From Rhodothermales bacterium (GTDB taxonomy: Bacteria; Bacteroidota; Rhodothermia; Rhodothermales; VXPQ01), in assembly GCA_040904565.1 (NCBI GenBank), contig JBBDTI010000025.1, forward strand, positions 1 to 46,879: a stretch of 46,879 nucleotides of DNA, written 5' to 3'. Within the stretch, counting starts at the first letter, position 1. Each line of letters opens with the position of its first letter. The translations under genes were made by a program, and so were the position numbers. Under the pieces are notes generated by a model that saw nothing but the letters and a program-made list of their open reading frames with translations, did no database searches and had not been told where the DNA came from. Positions 26,699 through 37,022 of the stretch are shown here, in pieces.

Positions 26699-26903
26699 AT
26701 ACGCAACCGCATCGGCGCCCACGGTGTTGGTGCCCACAGCATCCACGCGCACGCCATGGATGCCCAGGGATTCGGTGCCGACGACGCGGGTATGCCGGCT
26801 ATGATTAAACGGTCGGGACGACGGCATGCGGATGTACGTAGAGCTGTGGGTAGACGGGGGTTGTCGTGTGGATCAAAGGGGACGCCATATCGTTTCCTAA
26901 TCG

Positions 26904-26911
26904 CAAAAATA
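26904..26911 (-). promoter_or_regulatory. Bacteroidota-type -7 element upstream of the NlpC/P60 gene
   Basis: TATTTTTG on the minus strand. Confidence 0.4.
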
Positions 26912-26985
26912 CAGCGTCTTGTGTGCAATCGCGCGCATACAGGCGACAGTTTCCGATTTCATCCAACCAAGTTGGTTCCTATATC

Positions 26986-27498
26986 ATGCCCTACCCAGAA
27001 GCCCTCGTGCAGCCGATGAGGCAAGAGCTCGTAGATCTCGGCGTCGACGAACTGCGCGACGCGGATGCCGTCGATACCGCCGTACGAGAAAGCGAAGAAG
27101 GTACGATGCTCGTCGTCATCAATTCCGTCTGCGGATGTGCGGCGGCCAACGCGCGGCCGGCGGTCGCTCTGGCACGGCGCCACGACAAGCAGCCGAATCG
27201 GTACGTCACCGTGTTTGCCGGGCAGGATCTAGACGCAACATCACGCATGCGCAAGCATCTTGCCGGTATTCCACCTTCGTCTCCGTTTATAGCGCTCTTG
27301 AAGCACGGTGATCCCGTGTTCGTCGTCGAGCGGCGGCACATCGAAGGCCGGAGCGCCAGCGCGATTGCCGCCGACCTCGTGAAGGCGTTCGATAAGTACT
27401 GTGGTGATGGGGCGGCAGGCAATGGACAGACCGAGCGACCGGACGTCGCCGAAGCGCAGCACGACAGTCTGCCGTCTACGTTTCGTTCCATCAAATAA
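26986..27498 (+). CDS. BrxA/BrxB family bacilliredoxin
   Basis: YPEALVQPMRQEL, NSVCGCAA (CGC motif), TVFAGQD, PPSSP and ERRHIEGR motifs. Confidence 0.92.
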   Translation: MPYPEALVQPMRQELVDLGVDELRDADAVDTAVRESEEGTMLVVINSVCGCAAANARPAVALARRHDKQPNRYVTVFAGQDLDATSRMRKHLAGIPPSSPFIALLKHGDPVFVVERRHIEGRSASAIAADLVKAFDKYCGDGAAGNGQTERPDVAEAQHDSLPSTFRSIK

Positions 27499-27522
27499 GA
27501 GGAGCGGCCGGTCGGCTGTCGC

Positions 27523-28980
27523 CTATCGGCGCTCCAGCAACCTCTCTTTCCAGATTACAATCCCTACATAGAGGAGCCCGACAACCGCTGCCGTCAGGGC
27601 AACGGCCCAGGGTGGCCAGACCTCTTTGATCAGCCAGACAGGTACGGCGAGAGGGACCCCGATGGAGAGGTAGCGGAGATATGGGCGTAGGGCTTGACGG
27701 AGGCCTACGTCGGCCAGGCGCAGCAAGACGAAGAGCTGCAGCAGGCGCACGAGCCCGCCCGCCAGGGCGATGAGCCCTATCGTTAGCACGATATCGCCGG
27801 CTTGACCACCGATCACGAGAGCCGACGTGAGTGCGACACTCGTTCCGAGGCTGATCAGCAGCTCCGTCCGTTGCTGTTCGAGGACGTCGAAGAGGCGCGT
27901 CAGGGGGGAGGCCACGCCACTCAGAAAAAACCACGGGGCCAGGTACTGTTCGTACGTGCCGGCGATCCGCCATTCGCCGCCGAATACGAATTCAAAAAGC
28001 TGCGGTCCGGCGAGGACGAGTACGATGGTCGGGAAGATGCCGAGCATAACGAGACGTGCGTGCACGGTGTCGGCCAATGGCGCCAGCCGTCCTTCGCGGT
28101 ATGCTTCGGCGGCGTGCACGAAGAAAACCTGCGAAACGGCCGTCCCGATCAGGCTGAGCGGTACGGCCAGCGCTACGAATGCGCGGCCGAAGAGTCCGAC
28201 CGCCTCGAATCCGAAATAGACGGGCAGCAGCAGCACCGGAAGACGGGCCACGATGGAATTCAAGAGGGACGACGGCAGGGCGAATGTGGGAAAACGCCGG
28301 TATCGACTCGCTACGAAGCGAAGCTTGCCGGGAGCCGGCAGCGTCCGAAGCGGCGAGGTATCTGATCGCCACAGCGCGGTCAAATAGTACAATCCGGATG
28401 CGAGCTGCCCGACGGCAAATCCTCCGATGAGTCCGCCTGCACCAAGCGTCGTCGCCGCCCCGGCACCGAGTCGGGACGAGAGCATGGTCACTTTATTGGC
28501 GACGTCCCCTAGGGTGATGGTGCGAAACGCCTTCTCTCGGGAGAGCCACACTTCGCTGAGCCGGGTGAACCGCATCAGCAGCAGCGTCGGTCCGAGCAAC
28601 CAGAGCCACGGTGCAACGGCTTCCACTCGAAGGGCGGCGGCGAGCTCGCGGCCCCATAGCGTCGCGATGGCGACGAGAGCCGACGTCGCGACGGCAAGCA
28701 GCAGTGCGAGCCGGAAGACGGACGCGGCCCGAGCACGGTCGTCCGGCAGCATCATAGCATCTTCGTACCGGAGCGAGGCGATCGTCACGAGGACGCTCAC
28801 CATCATGACGAAATAGTCGGAAATCCCGAACTGCTCGGGGGTAAAAAGACGGGTCAGGATGGGTACGGCGAGGTACGAGAGCACGAGCGTGACGGCCGTA
28901 CCTGACAGGAGCGTCACGACGGGACCGCGAAATCCGTCGCGCGAATACAGTCGTGAGACCCGGGTTCGCAAGCGCGTCAT
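27523..28980 (-). CDS. Oligosaccharide flippase (Wzx/MATE-like polysaccharide biosynthesis protein)
   Basis: Multiple TM helices; PILTRLFTPEQFG, SLRYE and YRRFP motifs. ATG 28980 overlaps the upstream stop (ATGA); alternative start 29028. Confidence 0.88.
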   Translation of the reverse strand: MTRLRTRVSRLYSRDGFRGPVVTLLSGTAVTLVLSYLAVPILTRLFTPEQFGISDYFVMMVSVLVTIASLRYEDAMMLPDDRARAASVFRLALLLAVATSALVAIATLWGRELAAALRVEAVAPWLWLLGPTLLLMRFTRLSEVWLSREKAFRTITLGDVANKVTMLSSRLGAGAATTLGAGGLIGGFAVGQLASGLYYLTALWRSDTSPLRTLPAPGKLRFVASRYRRFPTFALPSSLLNSIVARLPVLLLPVYFGFEAVGLFGRAFVALAVPLSLIGTAVSQVFFVHAAEAYREGRLAPLADTVHARLVMLGIFPTIVLVLAGPQLFEFVFGGEWRIAGTYEQYLAPWFFLSGVASPLTRLFDVLEQQRTELLISLGTSVALTSALVIGGQAGDIVLTIGLIALAGGLVRLLQLFVLLRLADVGLRQALRPYLRYLSIGVPLAVPVWLIKEVWPPWAVALTAAVVGLLYVGIVIWKERLLERR

Positions 28981-29918
28981 CGCCACATGTTTCGAAGCGT
29001 GCGGAGCAGGGTCAAATCTTCGCGGCACCGGGTGAGGGCAAAGTACGGAACGAGCCGCGCGCCGAACTTCCGCTTAAATTCGGCGATGCCGGGTGTATTT
29101 GCTCCCATGAAGTCGAACAGCTCGATCCCCTGGTTGAACAGTCTGGGCAGCAGTTCGCCGATGAGGACCGTCATGCCGTCCCCCGGCCGGCTGCCGGCAA
29201 TCCAGTAGTACGCGGTTCGGCCGTCATTTAGGATGACGACGGCGGCGTGGATCTCGTCTGACGACTTATGTCGGACGGCGAACGCGGACGCGAGTCCGGA
29301 TGCGGTCAGACGGTTGACGAGACCGCCGAGCGAATTCGCGCTCAGCGGAGGGGACCGGTCGTGGCGCGCGTAGCTCGCTTCAGCGAGGCGGACGGCCGCG
29401 GCCGAGGCGGACCGATCCTCCACGAATACATAATCGTTCCGGGCATTTCGGAAGTTTCGGAGCACGCTCTCCGACCATCCGTCCGTTCCGGGCGTGGAGC
29501 AGACGTACGTATACAAGGGCTCTGCCGACCAGCCGGCCCACTGCGCGGGCCGCACGTCGGCCAGTGACGGATGGAGGTGAAGGCGAAGCGCGTGAAATGG
29601 TCTTTCCAGGGTGCGAAGCAGCTCTCCGAGCGCCGTGTTGCCGGCGTGGACATCGGGCTCCGCCGGGACGTCGCGGAGCAGGATCGCCGAAAATGGGGTG
29701 AACGGCGGCACGATGATCTCCCGATACGGACCATGACGTCTCCACGTAATAGCTGCGCCTCCTGCGTCGGCATCCGCAAAGAATACCCCGGCGTGGAGTC
29801 CGGCTGCCTCCGCCGCATACCGAACGTATTTTAGCTGCGAAAAAGGAGAGCGCTGAGGGGATGCATCCCACAGCGCTCTCCAGCGGCGTTCCACGTCAGG
29901 GTCGTTCGTGTCGAGCAT
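28977..29918 (-). CDS. GNAT/FemAB-like acyltransferase
   Basis: C-terminal AYYWIAGS...FDFMGANTPGIAEFKRKFGA motif of Fem-like GNATs. Confidence 0.8.
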   Translation of the reverse strand: MLDTNDPDVERRWRALWDASPQRSPFSQLKYVRYAAEAAGLHAGVFFADADAGGAAITWRRHGPYREIIVPPFTPFSAILLRDVPAEPDVHAGNTALGELLRTLERPFHALRLHLHPSLADVRPAQWAGWSAEPLYTYVCSTPGTDGWSESVLRNFRNARNDYVFVEDRSASAAAVRLAEASYARHDRSPPLSANSLGGLVNRLTASGLASAFAVRHKSSDEIHAAVVILNDGRTAYYWIAGSRPGDGMTVLIGELLPRLFNQGIELFDFMGANTPGIAEFKRKFGARLVPYFALTRCREDLTLLRTLRNMWR

Positions 29919-29935
29919 GATGCCGGGACGGCGAC

Positions 29936-31369
29936 TCAGAGGATGTACTGGCTGAGGTCTCTGTTCGTGGCGACGGAGCTCAGCTTCTCGTCCACCATCT
30001 CCTCATCTACGACCACACGCTTGGTAACGTCGTCCGGAACGCTGAAGAGCACGTCTTCGAGCAGCGTCGTCAGGATCGTGTGCAGCCGGCGAGCACCGAT
30101 ATTCTCTACCTCGGAGTTCACCTGGGCGGCGATGGCGGCGATGCGCCGCACGGCCGCCTCCGTAAATTCGATATCGACCTTCTCGGAAGCCAGAAGCGCG
30201 GTGTACTGCTTAATGAGTGCGTTTTTCGGTTGCGTCAGAATCTTAAAAAAGTCCTCTTCATGGAGGCTTCTCAGCTCTACGCGTATCGGGAAGCGCCCCT
30301 GCATTTCGGGAATCAGGTCGCTCGGCTTCGAGACGTGAAACGCGCCGCTGGCGATGAACAGGACGTGATCCGTCTTGACCATGCCGTGCTTCGTCTGCAC
30401 GTTGGAGCCCTCGACGATCGGCAACAGGTCGCGCTGTACGCCCTCGCGAGAGACGTCCGGTCCGCCACCCGTTCCACTGCGTACGGCGACCTTATCGATC
30501 TCGTCGATAAAGACGATGCCGGAATGCTGGACGCGTTCGAGCGCCTCCTTCTTGACCTTGTCCATATCGATGAGCTTCTGGGCTTCCTCCTTGGCCAGCA
30601 ACCCTCTCGCCTCACTGATCGGGACGCGGCGCTTCTTGCTCTTCTTGCCGCCCATATTGCCGAAGAGGTCCTGCAGGTTTACGCCCATCTCCTCGAGGCC
30701 CATGGGACCGAAAACCTGCAGCATGGGTGAGCTGTCGGACGAGACCTCGATCTCGATCTCACGCTCGTCCAGTTCTCCGTCCTCAAGTTTCTTGCGGAAT
30801 TTCTTTCGGGTGCGTTCCCGCAGCTCGTCCTCCGACATGGAGCGGGCGGAATCCGATTCGCCGTCACCGTTCTCCGCCCGCAGGGTAAAGCCGGGTCCGG
30901 AGACGTCCTGGCCCGGACGCTGTTTGCCGGCGGGAGGGATGAGGATGTCGAGAATCCGTTCTTCAGCCAGTTCGCGAGCTCGTCCCTCGACCGACTCTGT
31001 CTGTTCTTCCCGCACCATGTCGATGGCGATGTCGACGAGGTCGCGGATCATGCTGTCTACGTCGCGTCCGACGTAGCCTACTTCCGTAAACTTGGTCGCT
31101 TCGACCTTCATGAACGGAGCCCCTGCCAGCTTTGCGAGGCGCCGAGCAATTTCCGTTTTACCGACCCCTGTCGGTCCGATCATGATGATGTTGTTCGGCA
31201 TGATCTCATCCCGCATCTCCTCCGGCGCGTTGCGGCGACGCCAGCGGTTTCGCAGAGCGATGGCGACGCTCTTCTTGGCGTCATCCTGCCCGATGATATA
31301 CTTGTCGAGTTCCCGCACGATGTCTCGCGGCGTGAGCTCTCTGGTTTTCTGGAGAACGAGATCTTCCAC
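29936..31369 (-). CDS. hslU: ATP-dependent protease ATPase subunit HslU
   Basis: [41 protein letters not shown] and [10 protein letters not shown] motifs. Confidence 0.99.
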   Translation of the reverse strand: MEDLVLQKTRELTPRDIVRELDKYIIGQDDAKKSVAIALRNRWRRRNAPEEMRDEIMPNNIIMIGPTGVGKTEIARRLAKLAGAPFMKVEATKFTEVGYVGRDVDSMIRDLVDIAIDMVREEQTESVEGRARELAEERILDILIPPAGKQRPGQDVSGPGFTLRAENGDGESDSARSMSEDELRERTRKKFRKKLEDGELDEREIEIEVSSDSSPMLQVFGPMGLEEMGVNLQDLFGNMGGKKSKKRRVPISEARGLLAKEEAQKLIDMDKVKKEALERVQHSGIVFIDEIDKVAVRSGTGGGPDVSREGVQRDLLPIVEGSNVQTKHGMVKTDHVLFIASGAFHVSKPSDLIPEMQGRFPIRVELRSLHEEDFFKILTQPKNALIKQYTALLASEKVDIEFTEAAVRRIAAIAAQVNSEVENIGARRLHTILTTLLEDVLFSVPDDVTKRVVVDEEMVDEKLSSVATNRDLSQYIL

Positions 31370-31428
31370 GTGGTCAGGTAAGGTTAAACAGGGTAGTTCG
31401 TGTTCGGTGACCGCGGACGAGTGCGCGG

Positions 31429-32496
31429 TCAGGGGCGATCTGCGCCCGAATGTGCTTCGTCGTCGACGAAGTGGCCGTCCTCATACGGCGGCACGGCGTC
31501 AGGATCGTCGACAGGAACCTCGCCGTCGTCCCGTTCTCCGTTGTACCGATAGGATTCGTCGAGGTCCGCCTCGTCGAATTCTTCATACCCGGACGACGGC
31601 TCTTCGTAATAATACGAGCTGCGCTGCGATCTCGATCGGACGCGGTCGACCGCCGGATGCCCGTCTTCCAGGATCAACACCGTGTAATCGTGGGGGAAGC
31701 CCTGTCGTTTCTCGAGCCGAACGGCCTGATGCTCTTCGAGCTCGCCAATCAGGTTCTTGGGGTCGTAGCGCTGATCGTCGAGCAAATCGGAGAGTTTTCT
31801 GAGAAGCGGCGTCAGGTATACTTCCTCGTACTGGCCGAAATGCTCTTCGATGATCTCCAGCGTCCGGATCAGTATCGGATCGTTCACGGCGTCGATGCTT
31901 TCGTTCGCCTCGGCCGATTCGTGCGGATCGAAAGACGTGAGCTGCCGCCGCGCGGCGGAGCTCAACAGGTCGCGCGCCGGGAAGTACCAGTCGCCGTCGA
32001 GCTGCGGAATGTCGTCCAGCGTGGAAGGTTCGTCTAGACCTACGACGAGCACCCGGCGTCCGTATCGCCGCATCATGCGTACGAGGGGAAGGTAGATGCG
32101 GCGGCCGGTAAGCAGAACGAACGTCGAAATGTCGGAGCGATGGTGCAGCAAGTCCATCGCGTCGACGCATAGCTGCAGCTCTACCGCGTGTTCGTCCCGC
32201 GCTCCGGGGACGTAATGAGGCTCGACCCCTTGCAGATACAGCGAACGCTGAATTCGTTCGCCGGTCTGCTCGAGCGACGCGAAATCCGCGTACGCTCTCG
32301 CCACGGCACTCTGAACGAATCGATCCTCCAACAGGCTGCGCTGGATGCCTTCCAGCATTTCGGAGATCAATTCGATCGGAACGGTACGGCTTCCGGCCGT
32401 GTGCGCGAGAAAGCGATACAGGTTGTCATAATCGATGAAAATTGCGGCGCGGTCGGGTTGACGATCGCGCGCGCCGTCTTGCTGCGTATACGCCAT
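31429..32496 (-). CDS. NYN (LabA/DUF88)-domain protein with degenerate active site, C-terminal helical domain and acidic tail
   Basis: [31 protein letters not shown] and GRRVLVVG secondary-structure pattern of NYN. Confidence 0.8.
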   Translation of the reverse strand: MAYTQQDGARDRQPDRAAIFIDYDNLYRFLAHTAGSRTVPIELISEMLEGIQRSLLEDRFVQSAVARAYADFASLEQTGERIQRSLYLQGVEPHYVPGARDEHAVELQLCVDAMDLLHHRSDISTFVLLTGRRIYLPLVRMMRRYGRRVLVVGLDEPSTLDDIPQLDGDWYFPARDLLSSAARRQLTSFDPHESAEANESIDAVNDPILIRTLEIIEEHFGQYEEVYLTPLLRKLSDLLDDQRYDPKNLIGELEEHQAVRLEKRQGFPHDYTVLILEDGHPAVDRVRSRSQRSSYYYEEPSSGYEEFDEADLDESYRYNGERDDGEVPVDDPDAVPPYEDGHFVDDEAHSGADRP

Positions 32497-32580
32497 TATT
32501 CCGTAAGATATTGATGGTCGCTGCGAATGCGATCCAGCGCGTTCACGGCCGGTCCGGTCGTCCGGCAGATGTCGGAACGT

Positions 32581-33150
32581 CTACTCGGCATCGATTTCCA
32601 TGACCGTGATGTAATCGTTCGTGTAGATGCAGATCTCCGCTGCAATCCCGAGTGAATGCTCGACCACTTCTTTAGCGGACAGATGACCGGCATGTTTCAG
32701 CGTCGCCCGTGCCGCGGCGAGGGCATACGACCCCCCGGAGCCGATGGAGATGATCTCGTCGTCGGGTTCGATGACGTCGCCGTTACCACTGATGAGCAGT
32801 AGACGATCGGGTGCTCCGACGGCGAGCAGAGCTTCGAGTCGCCGAAGGAAGCGATCGGTTCGCCAGTCCTTGGCGAGCTCTACGGCGGACCGCGTCACGT
32901 TTCCGCTGTACTGCTGGAGTTTCTCTTCGAATCGTTCGAACAGGGTAAACGCATCGGCCGTGGCCCCGGCAAACCCAACGAGAATCTTCCCGTCGTAGAG
33001 GGTCCGTACCTTCTGCGCCTTGTGTTTCATGACGGTATCGTTCATCGTCGCCTGCCCGTCGGATCCAAGCGCGACCTTGCCGTTGTGTCGCAGTCCGATG
33101 ACCGTCGTGCCGTGCATGTGCGGGATACCGGATGCACTGGAGGTGCCCAT
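32581..33150 (-). CDS. hslV: ATP-dependent protease peptidase subunit HslV
   Basis: HGTTVI (catalytic Thr), [22 protein letters not shown] and ICIYTN motifs. Start 33150 or 33117. Confidence 0.98.
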   Translation of the reverse strand: MGTSSASGIPHMHGTTVIGLRHNGKVALGSDGQATMNDTVMKHKAQKVRTLYDGKILVGFAGATADAFTLFERFEEKLQQYSGNVTRSAVELAKDWRTDRFLRRLEALLAVGAPDRLLLISGNGDVIEPDDEIISIGSGGSYALAAARATLKHAGHLSAKEVVEHSLGIAAEICIYTNDYITVMEIDAE

Positions 33151-33310
33151 ATATATCGGTAAAAAGTGGATGTATCGTTGCGGGTGGTCTTAGACGAAAA
33201 ATCCCCTTCAAGGTTCGAAGGCAGCCGCGCTACTGCCCGGCGTCTCGACCTGCGGGGTGGACAGAGGGCGGCACACGCCGTATCGTTGTCGCCGATGGTT
33301 CGACTTCGGA

Positions 33311-34843
33311 TCAGGGTTGATATCGGGCCAGCGCATGCACGATGGCGTCCTGAGCGGCGCGGACGCGCGAGGCGGGCGACGTGAAGTGATTGCATGCTAT
33401 CGAGAAGGCAATCGTACGTCCGCCGGCAGATTCGACGTAGCCGCTCAAAGTACTGACGCCGCTCAAGGATCCCGACTTGCCCCGCATCCGCCCTGCCGCG
33501 GGCCCGTCGGCCAGCCGGTAGCGCAGCGTGCCCGTCTCGGCGGCCAGTGGGAGAGAGGCGTAGAAAGCCTCGCGAATCAATCGATCGTCGTGCCGCCACA
33601 TATACTCGAGGAGGGACGTCGTCATGTTCGGAGCGATCAGGTTGAGGCGCGAAAGTCCGGATCCATCCACCAGCCGGATCCTGCTCGTATCGATGCCCGC
33701 GCGTACAAATGTCTTCATGGCGATGTCGATGCCCCGTTCCGAGGATCCGGGCGCGAGATCGTCGTCGTCATGCGGAACGTGTGCTGCAAGCGTTTTGATG
33801 AGATTGTCTGCGTATAGATTCTGACTCGCCTTGTTGACGAGCGCTGCAACGTCCGGCAGCAGGGGGGAGCGGTGGACGGCGATACGGCGCAAGTGGGCGC
33901 CTTCGTAGTCGGGCTTGATTGAGATGTCGTCCACGTCGATGGGTTTGCCGGCGACGGCGATGCCGGAGCGCATGAGGCTCTCTCGAAGGACGTGTACGAA
34001 GTATCGCGTGGGATTCTCAACCGTGATTTCTTCTACGTCCTCGCCGCCGACGGGTACCCGGCTCGTGACGTCGATCGTGTTCGTCCCTCGAACGCGTCGG
34101 TAGCCTTCCTCGACGGTCTGTTCCTGATCGACCGTGAGAGAGCGATTGACGACGTCGACGTAGCTCGTGTTGAAGGGCTCCCAGCGAACGGCAGCAGGTC
34201 CCCCCGGATCCGTTCCCTCTACATGCAGGTGGATGACGTTATCGTGAAAGCTGAGCCCGCCGATCTGCGCCGAGTAATAGTACGTTTCGTCGTCCCACGA
34301 CCAGCTTGCTCCGAGCGGCTCATCGTCGATCACGTCGTCGTCGCCAACGATGTCTCCGTCGACGTATCGGATGCCCGCAGCGCGGAGCGAGTCGGCCCAG
34401 CCGCGGAAGGGGCTCAGCCCATCGATGTTACGGTCCCACGTGCCGCTCTGCGCGTGGTAGTGTCCGCCGAAGGTGGGGTCGGCCGCACCGCGGACGATCA
34501 GATTGCCTCGCAGGATACCGTTTTCAACCGGTCCGTCGACGTAAAGGGACGTCTCGTACCTGAAAAAAGGCCCGAGCTGGTCGAGTGCGGCGGCCGTCGT
34601 GTACAGCTTGACGTTCGAGGCAGGTACGAAGTTCTTGCTCGCATTTCGGGAGTAGATCGTGCGTCCGGTTTCCATGTCGACGGCATGGACGCCCCAGAAC
34701 GCGTGTGAAAAGGCATCCGCGTCAATGAGTCGGTCAATTTCAAGCTGAAGCGCCGGGTCGACGTCGACCGGCTGCTGGGCTCGCGCCGGGAGGAAGGCCG
34801 GCAGAAGAACGAGCAGTGACAGGAGGAGGGACGGTCGTAACAC
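33311..34843 (-). CDS. dacB: D-alanyl-D-alanine carboxypeptidase/endopeptidase (PBP4, S13)
   Basis: PASNVK (SxxK), SQN (SxN), DGSGLSR and KSG(S/T) motifs; signal peptide. Confidence 0.95.
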   Translation of the reverse strand: MLRPSLLLSLLVLLPAFLPARAQQPVDVDPALQLEIDRLIDADAFSHAFWGVHAVDMETGRTIYSRNASKNFVPASNVKLYTTAAALDQLGPFFRYETSLYVDGPVENGILRGNLIVRGAADPTFGGHYHAQSGTWDRNIDGLSPFRGWADSLRAAGIRYVDGDIVGDDDVIDDEPLGASWSWDDETYYYSAQIGGLSFHDNVIHLHVEGTDPGGPAAVRWEPFNTSYVDVVNRSLTVDQEQTVEEGYRRVRGTNTIDVTSRVPVGGEDVEEITVENPTRYFVHVLRESLMRSGIAVAGKPIDVDDISIKPDYEGAHLRRIAVHRSPLLPDVAALVNKASQNLYADNLIKTLAAHVPHDDDDLAPGSSERGIDIAMKTFVRAGIDTSRIRLVDGSGLSRLNLIAPNMTTSLLEYMWRHDDRLIREAFYASLPLAAETGTLRYRLADGPAAGRMRGKSGSLSGVSTLSGYVESAGGRTIAFSIACNHFTSPASRVRAAQDAIVHALARYQP

Positions 34844-34915
34844 GGCGCGGAGAGGTCTGCTGCAGGAACGGTCGGGCTTGAGGGGGTTTCGGAATCGAGC
34901 CGAGGCCGAGCTCTT

Positions 34916-35743
34916 TTATCGGAAAGATTCGCGTTCCAGGGCCAGGCGCTCGGGATCCGGCTGCTGCATCACGACGAAAACGTGCTCGGCCGTAGACATC
35001 GGCGCTGCGGGGCGTAAGAAGATAGTAAGCTCGTTGCGCCCCGTCCGGGCGGATACGGAATCGACGGTACCGACGGCAAGGCCGGGCGGGAAGACGCCGC
35101 TATAGCCGGCGGTAACGACGAGCTGCCCAGCTTCGACCGGTTCGGTCTTCACGATATGGTCCAGGCGCAGCCGGTCCATCCGCGTTCCCTCCCAGCGCAC
35201 GATGCCGAAAGCCTGCAGCGGCTGCACTTTCGCAGGAATGCGGAAATCGGTGTTGGCATAGGGCATCACCTTGGCGTAGTGCGTGCTGACGAGCACGACT
35301 TTCCCGAGGATGCCGCGCTCGTCGATGACGGCCATGTCGACGCCGACGCTGTCCAGCGCACCTACGTCGAGCGTGAGGTAATTCCACTGCTGGGTAAAAT
35401 CCTTATTGATGATGCGCGCGGCCAGCAGATCGTACCCCGTGGTGTCGCTGAAGCCCACGAGACGGCGAAGTCGTTCGTTCTCCAGCATCGCCTCGCGCGA
35501 ACGGGCGACGCGGCTCGAAAGCTCGATGTTTTCTTCGCGCAGTACCTCATTTTCAGCCAACGCTTGAAAATAACCGCCGACCCAGGCAAAGCGTGCTTCG
35601 AGCCATGCGGTGCTTTCCAGCGCCGTCGCGCGCAGGCCCGCGAGGAGCGACTGATTGGCCGTAAGCATCGTGATGAGCGAGACGGTCAGCAGCACGCCCA
35701 GGATGACCCAGTCACGGATTCGGTCCCAGAGGCGAAACGTCAT
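34916..35743 (-). CDS. mreC: Rod shape-determining protein MreC
   Basis: N-terminal TM plus coiled coil (ENERLRRL), GILGKV and VFPPGLAVG motifs; downstream of mreB. Confidence 0.95.
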   Translation of the reverse strand: MTFRLWDRIRDWVILGVLLTVSLITMLTANQSLLAGLRATALESTAWLEARFAWVGGYFQALAENEVLREENIELSSRVARSREAMLENERLRRLVGFSDTTGYDLLAARIINKDFTQQWNYLTLDVGALDSVGVDMAVIDERGILGKVVLVSTHYAKVMPYANTDFRIPAKVQPLQAFGIVRWEGTRMDRLRLDHIVKTEPVEAGQLVVTAGYSGVFPPGLAVGTVDSVSARTGRNELTIFLRPAAPMSTAEHVFVVMQQPDPERLALERESFR

Positions 35744-35820
35744 GGAAGGGAAAACGGTCAGCCGAAGTTCGATGTCCTCAGCTTATCCGACGACGGAAGG
35801 GCCGGTGGTGATCCAGGGAT

Positions 35821-35890
35821 CGGTTCGACGGTCGACGGTTGGTCCAGGTCGACTGCCTTCGGTTCGAAAAAAGAACGGTCCACGGTCGAC
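35821..35890. repeat. Degenerate GGTCGAC/GGTCCAC heptamer cluster in the mreB-mreC spacer
   Basis: ggttcgac, ggtcgac, ggtcca, ggtcgac, ggtccac and ggtcgac within 70 bp. Confidence 0.5.
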
Positions 35891-35893
35891 GAC

Positions 35894-36904
35894 CTACGTC
35901 AGAACGCGTTCGAAATCCTCGATGTTTTCGAGCACCTTGCCCGTGCCGCGAACTACCGCGGTAAGCGGATCCTCCGCGATGTAGACGGGGAGTTCGACGC
36001 GGTTGCGAACCATGGTATCGAGGCCCTTCAACATGGCGCCTCCCCCGGTCAGCATGATGCCGCGTTCCAGAATGTCGGATCCCAGCTCGGGAGGCGTGCG
36101 CTCCAGGCAGCGGAGGATCGCCGCCGTAATCTGTGCGACGGAATCGCGCAGCGCCTCGCGGACGTCCTCAGACGAGATGGTGCGCACCTTGGGAATGCCG
36201 CTGACCAGGTCGCGCCCCTTTACCGAGACTTCCAGCTCCGGATCGAGCTCGATGGCGCTGCCGACCTCGCACTTGATGCGTTCGGCCGTTCGATGTCCGA
36301 TAAGGAGGTTGTGATTCCGCTTGAAGTATTGAACGATCGCATTGTCGAGCTCGTCGCCTCCCACGCGAATGGACTCGTTGATGACGATGCCGGAGAGCGC
36401 GATGACAGCGATTTCGGTCGTTCCTCCGCCGATGTCCACGATCATGTTGCCGACGGGTTCTTCGACGTTGAGCCCGATGCCGACGGCGGCGGCCATGGGC
36501 TCATCGATCAGATAAACTTTCCGCGCGCCGGCATGCTCTGCCGAGTCTCGTACGGCACGCTTCTCGACTTCCGTAATCCCGCTCGGCACGCAAACGACCA
36601 TATTGCGGATGGACGTCACCCAGCTTTTCTGGACCTTTCGGATCAGGCCTCGGATGAGCTGTTCCGCGACTTCGAAGTCGGCGATCACGCCGTCTTTGAG
36701 CGGTCGAATCGTCTCGATCTCCTTGTGCGTTCGCTCATGCATCTGCTGGGCCTCGTACCCGATGGCCAGCGTCTTCTGGCTATTTCGGTGCACGGCGACG
36801 ATGCTCGGTTCGTTGAGAACGATGCCGCGGCCCTTAATATAGATCAGGGTATTCGCCGTGCCAAGGTCGATGGCAACGTCGGTAGAGAGATTGAAGAAGC
36901 CCAT
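35894..36904 (-). CDS. mreB: Rod shape-determining protein MreB
   Basis: AIDLGTANT, RPLKDGVIADF, DIGGGTTE and LTGGGA motifs. Confidence 0.99.
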   Translation of the reverse strand: MGFFNLSTDVAIDLGTANTLIYIKGRGIVLNEPSIVAVHRNSQKTLAIGYEAQQMHERTHKEIETIRPLKDGVIADFEVAEQLIRGLIRKVQKSWVTSIRNMVVCVPSGITEVEKRAVRDSAEHAGARKVYLIDEPMAAAVGIGLNVEEPVGNMIVDIGGGTTEIAVIALSGIVINESIRVGGDELDNAIVQYFKRNHNLLIGHRTAERIKCEVGSAIELDPELEVSVKGRDLVSGIPKVRTISSEDVREALRDSVAQITAAILRCLERTPPELGSDILERGIMLTGGGAMLKGLDTMVRNRVELPVYIAEDPLTAVVRGTGKVLENIEDFERVLT

Positions 36905-37022
36905 GTGTGTCTCTGAAAAGATTGCCGGCTACGGCGATGTCGTGAATGCTATGGATCAAATGGTTGTAATGCCAGGGCAGCACACCATGTAACGGCACCG
37001 GTTGCTCGTAACCAACGCAATT

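Noticed and set aside
26986-27498. Bacilliredoxin outside Firmicutes
   Set aside because: BrxA/BrxB-family proteins are already known in Bacteroidota and relatives.
35156-36916. 586-aa plus-strand ORF, and many similar long antisense ORFs (e.g. 334..1554, 17817..18917, 37551..38564)
   Set aside because: These are shadow ORFs opposite well-supported genes, expected from high-GC codon bias. They have no motifs.
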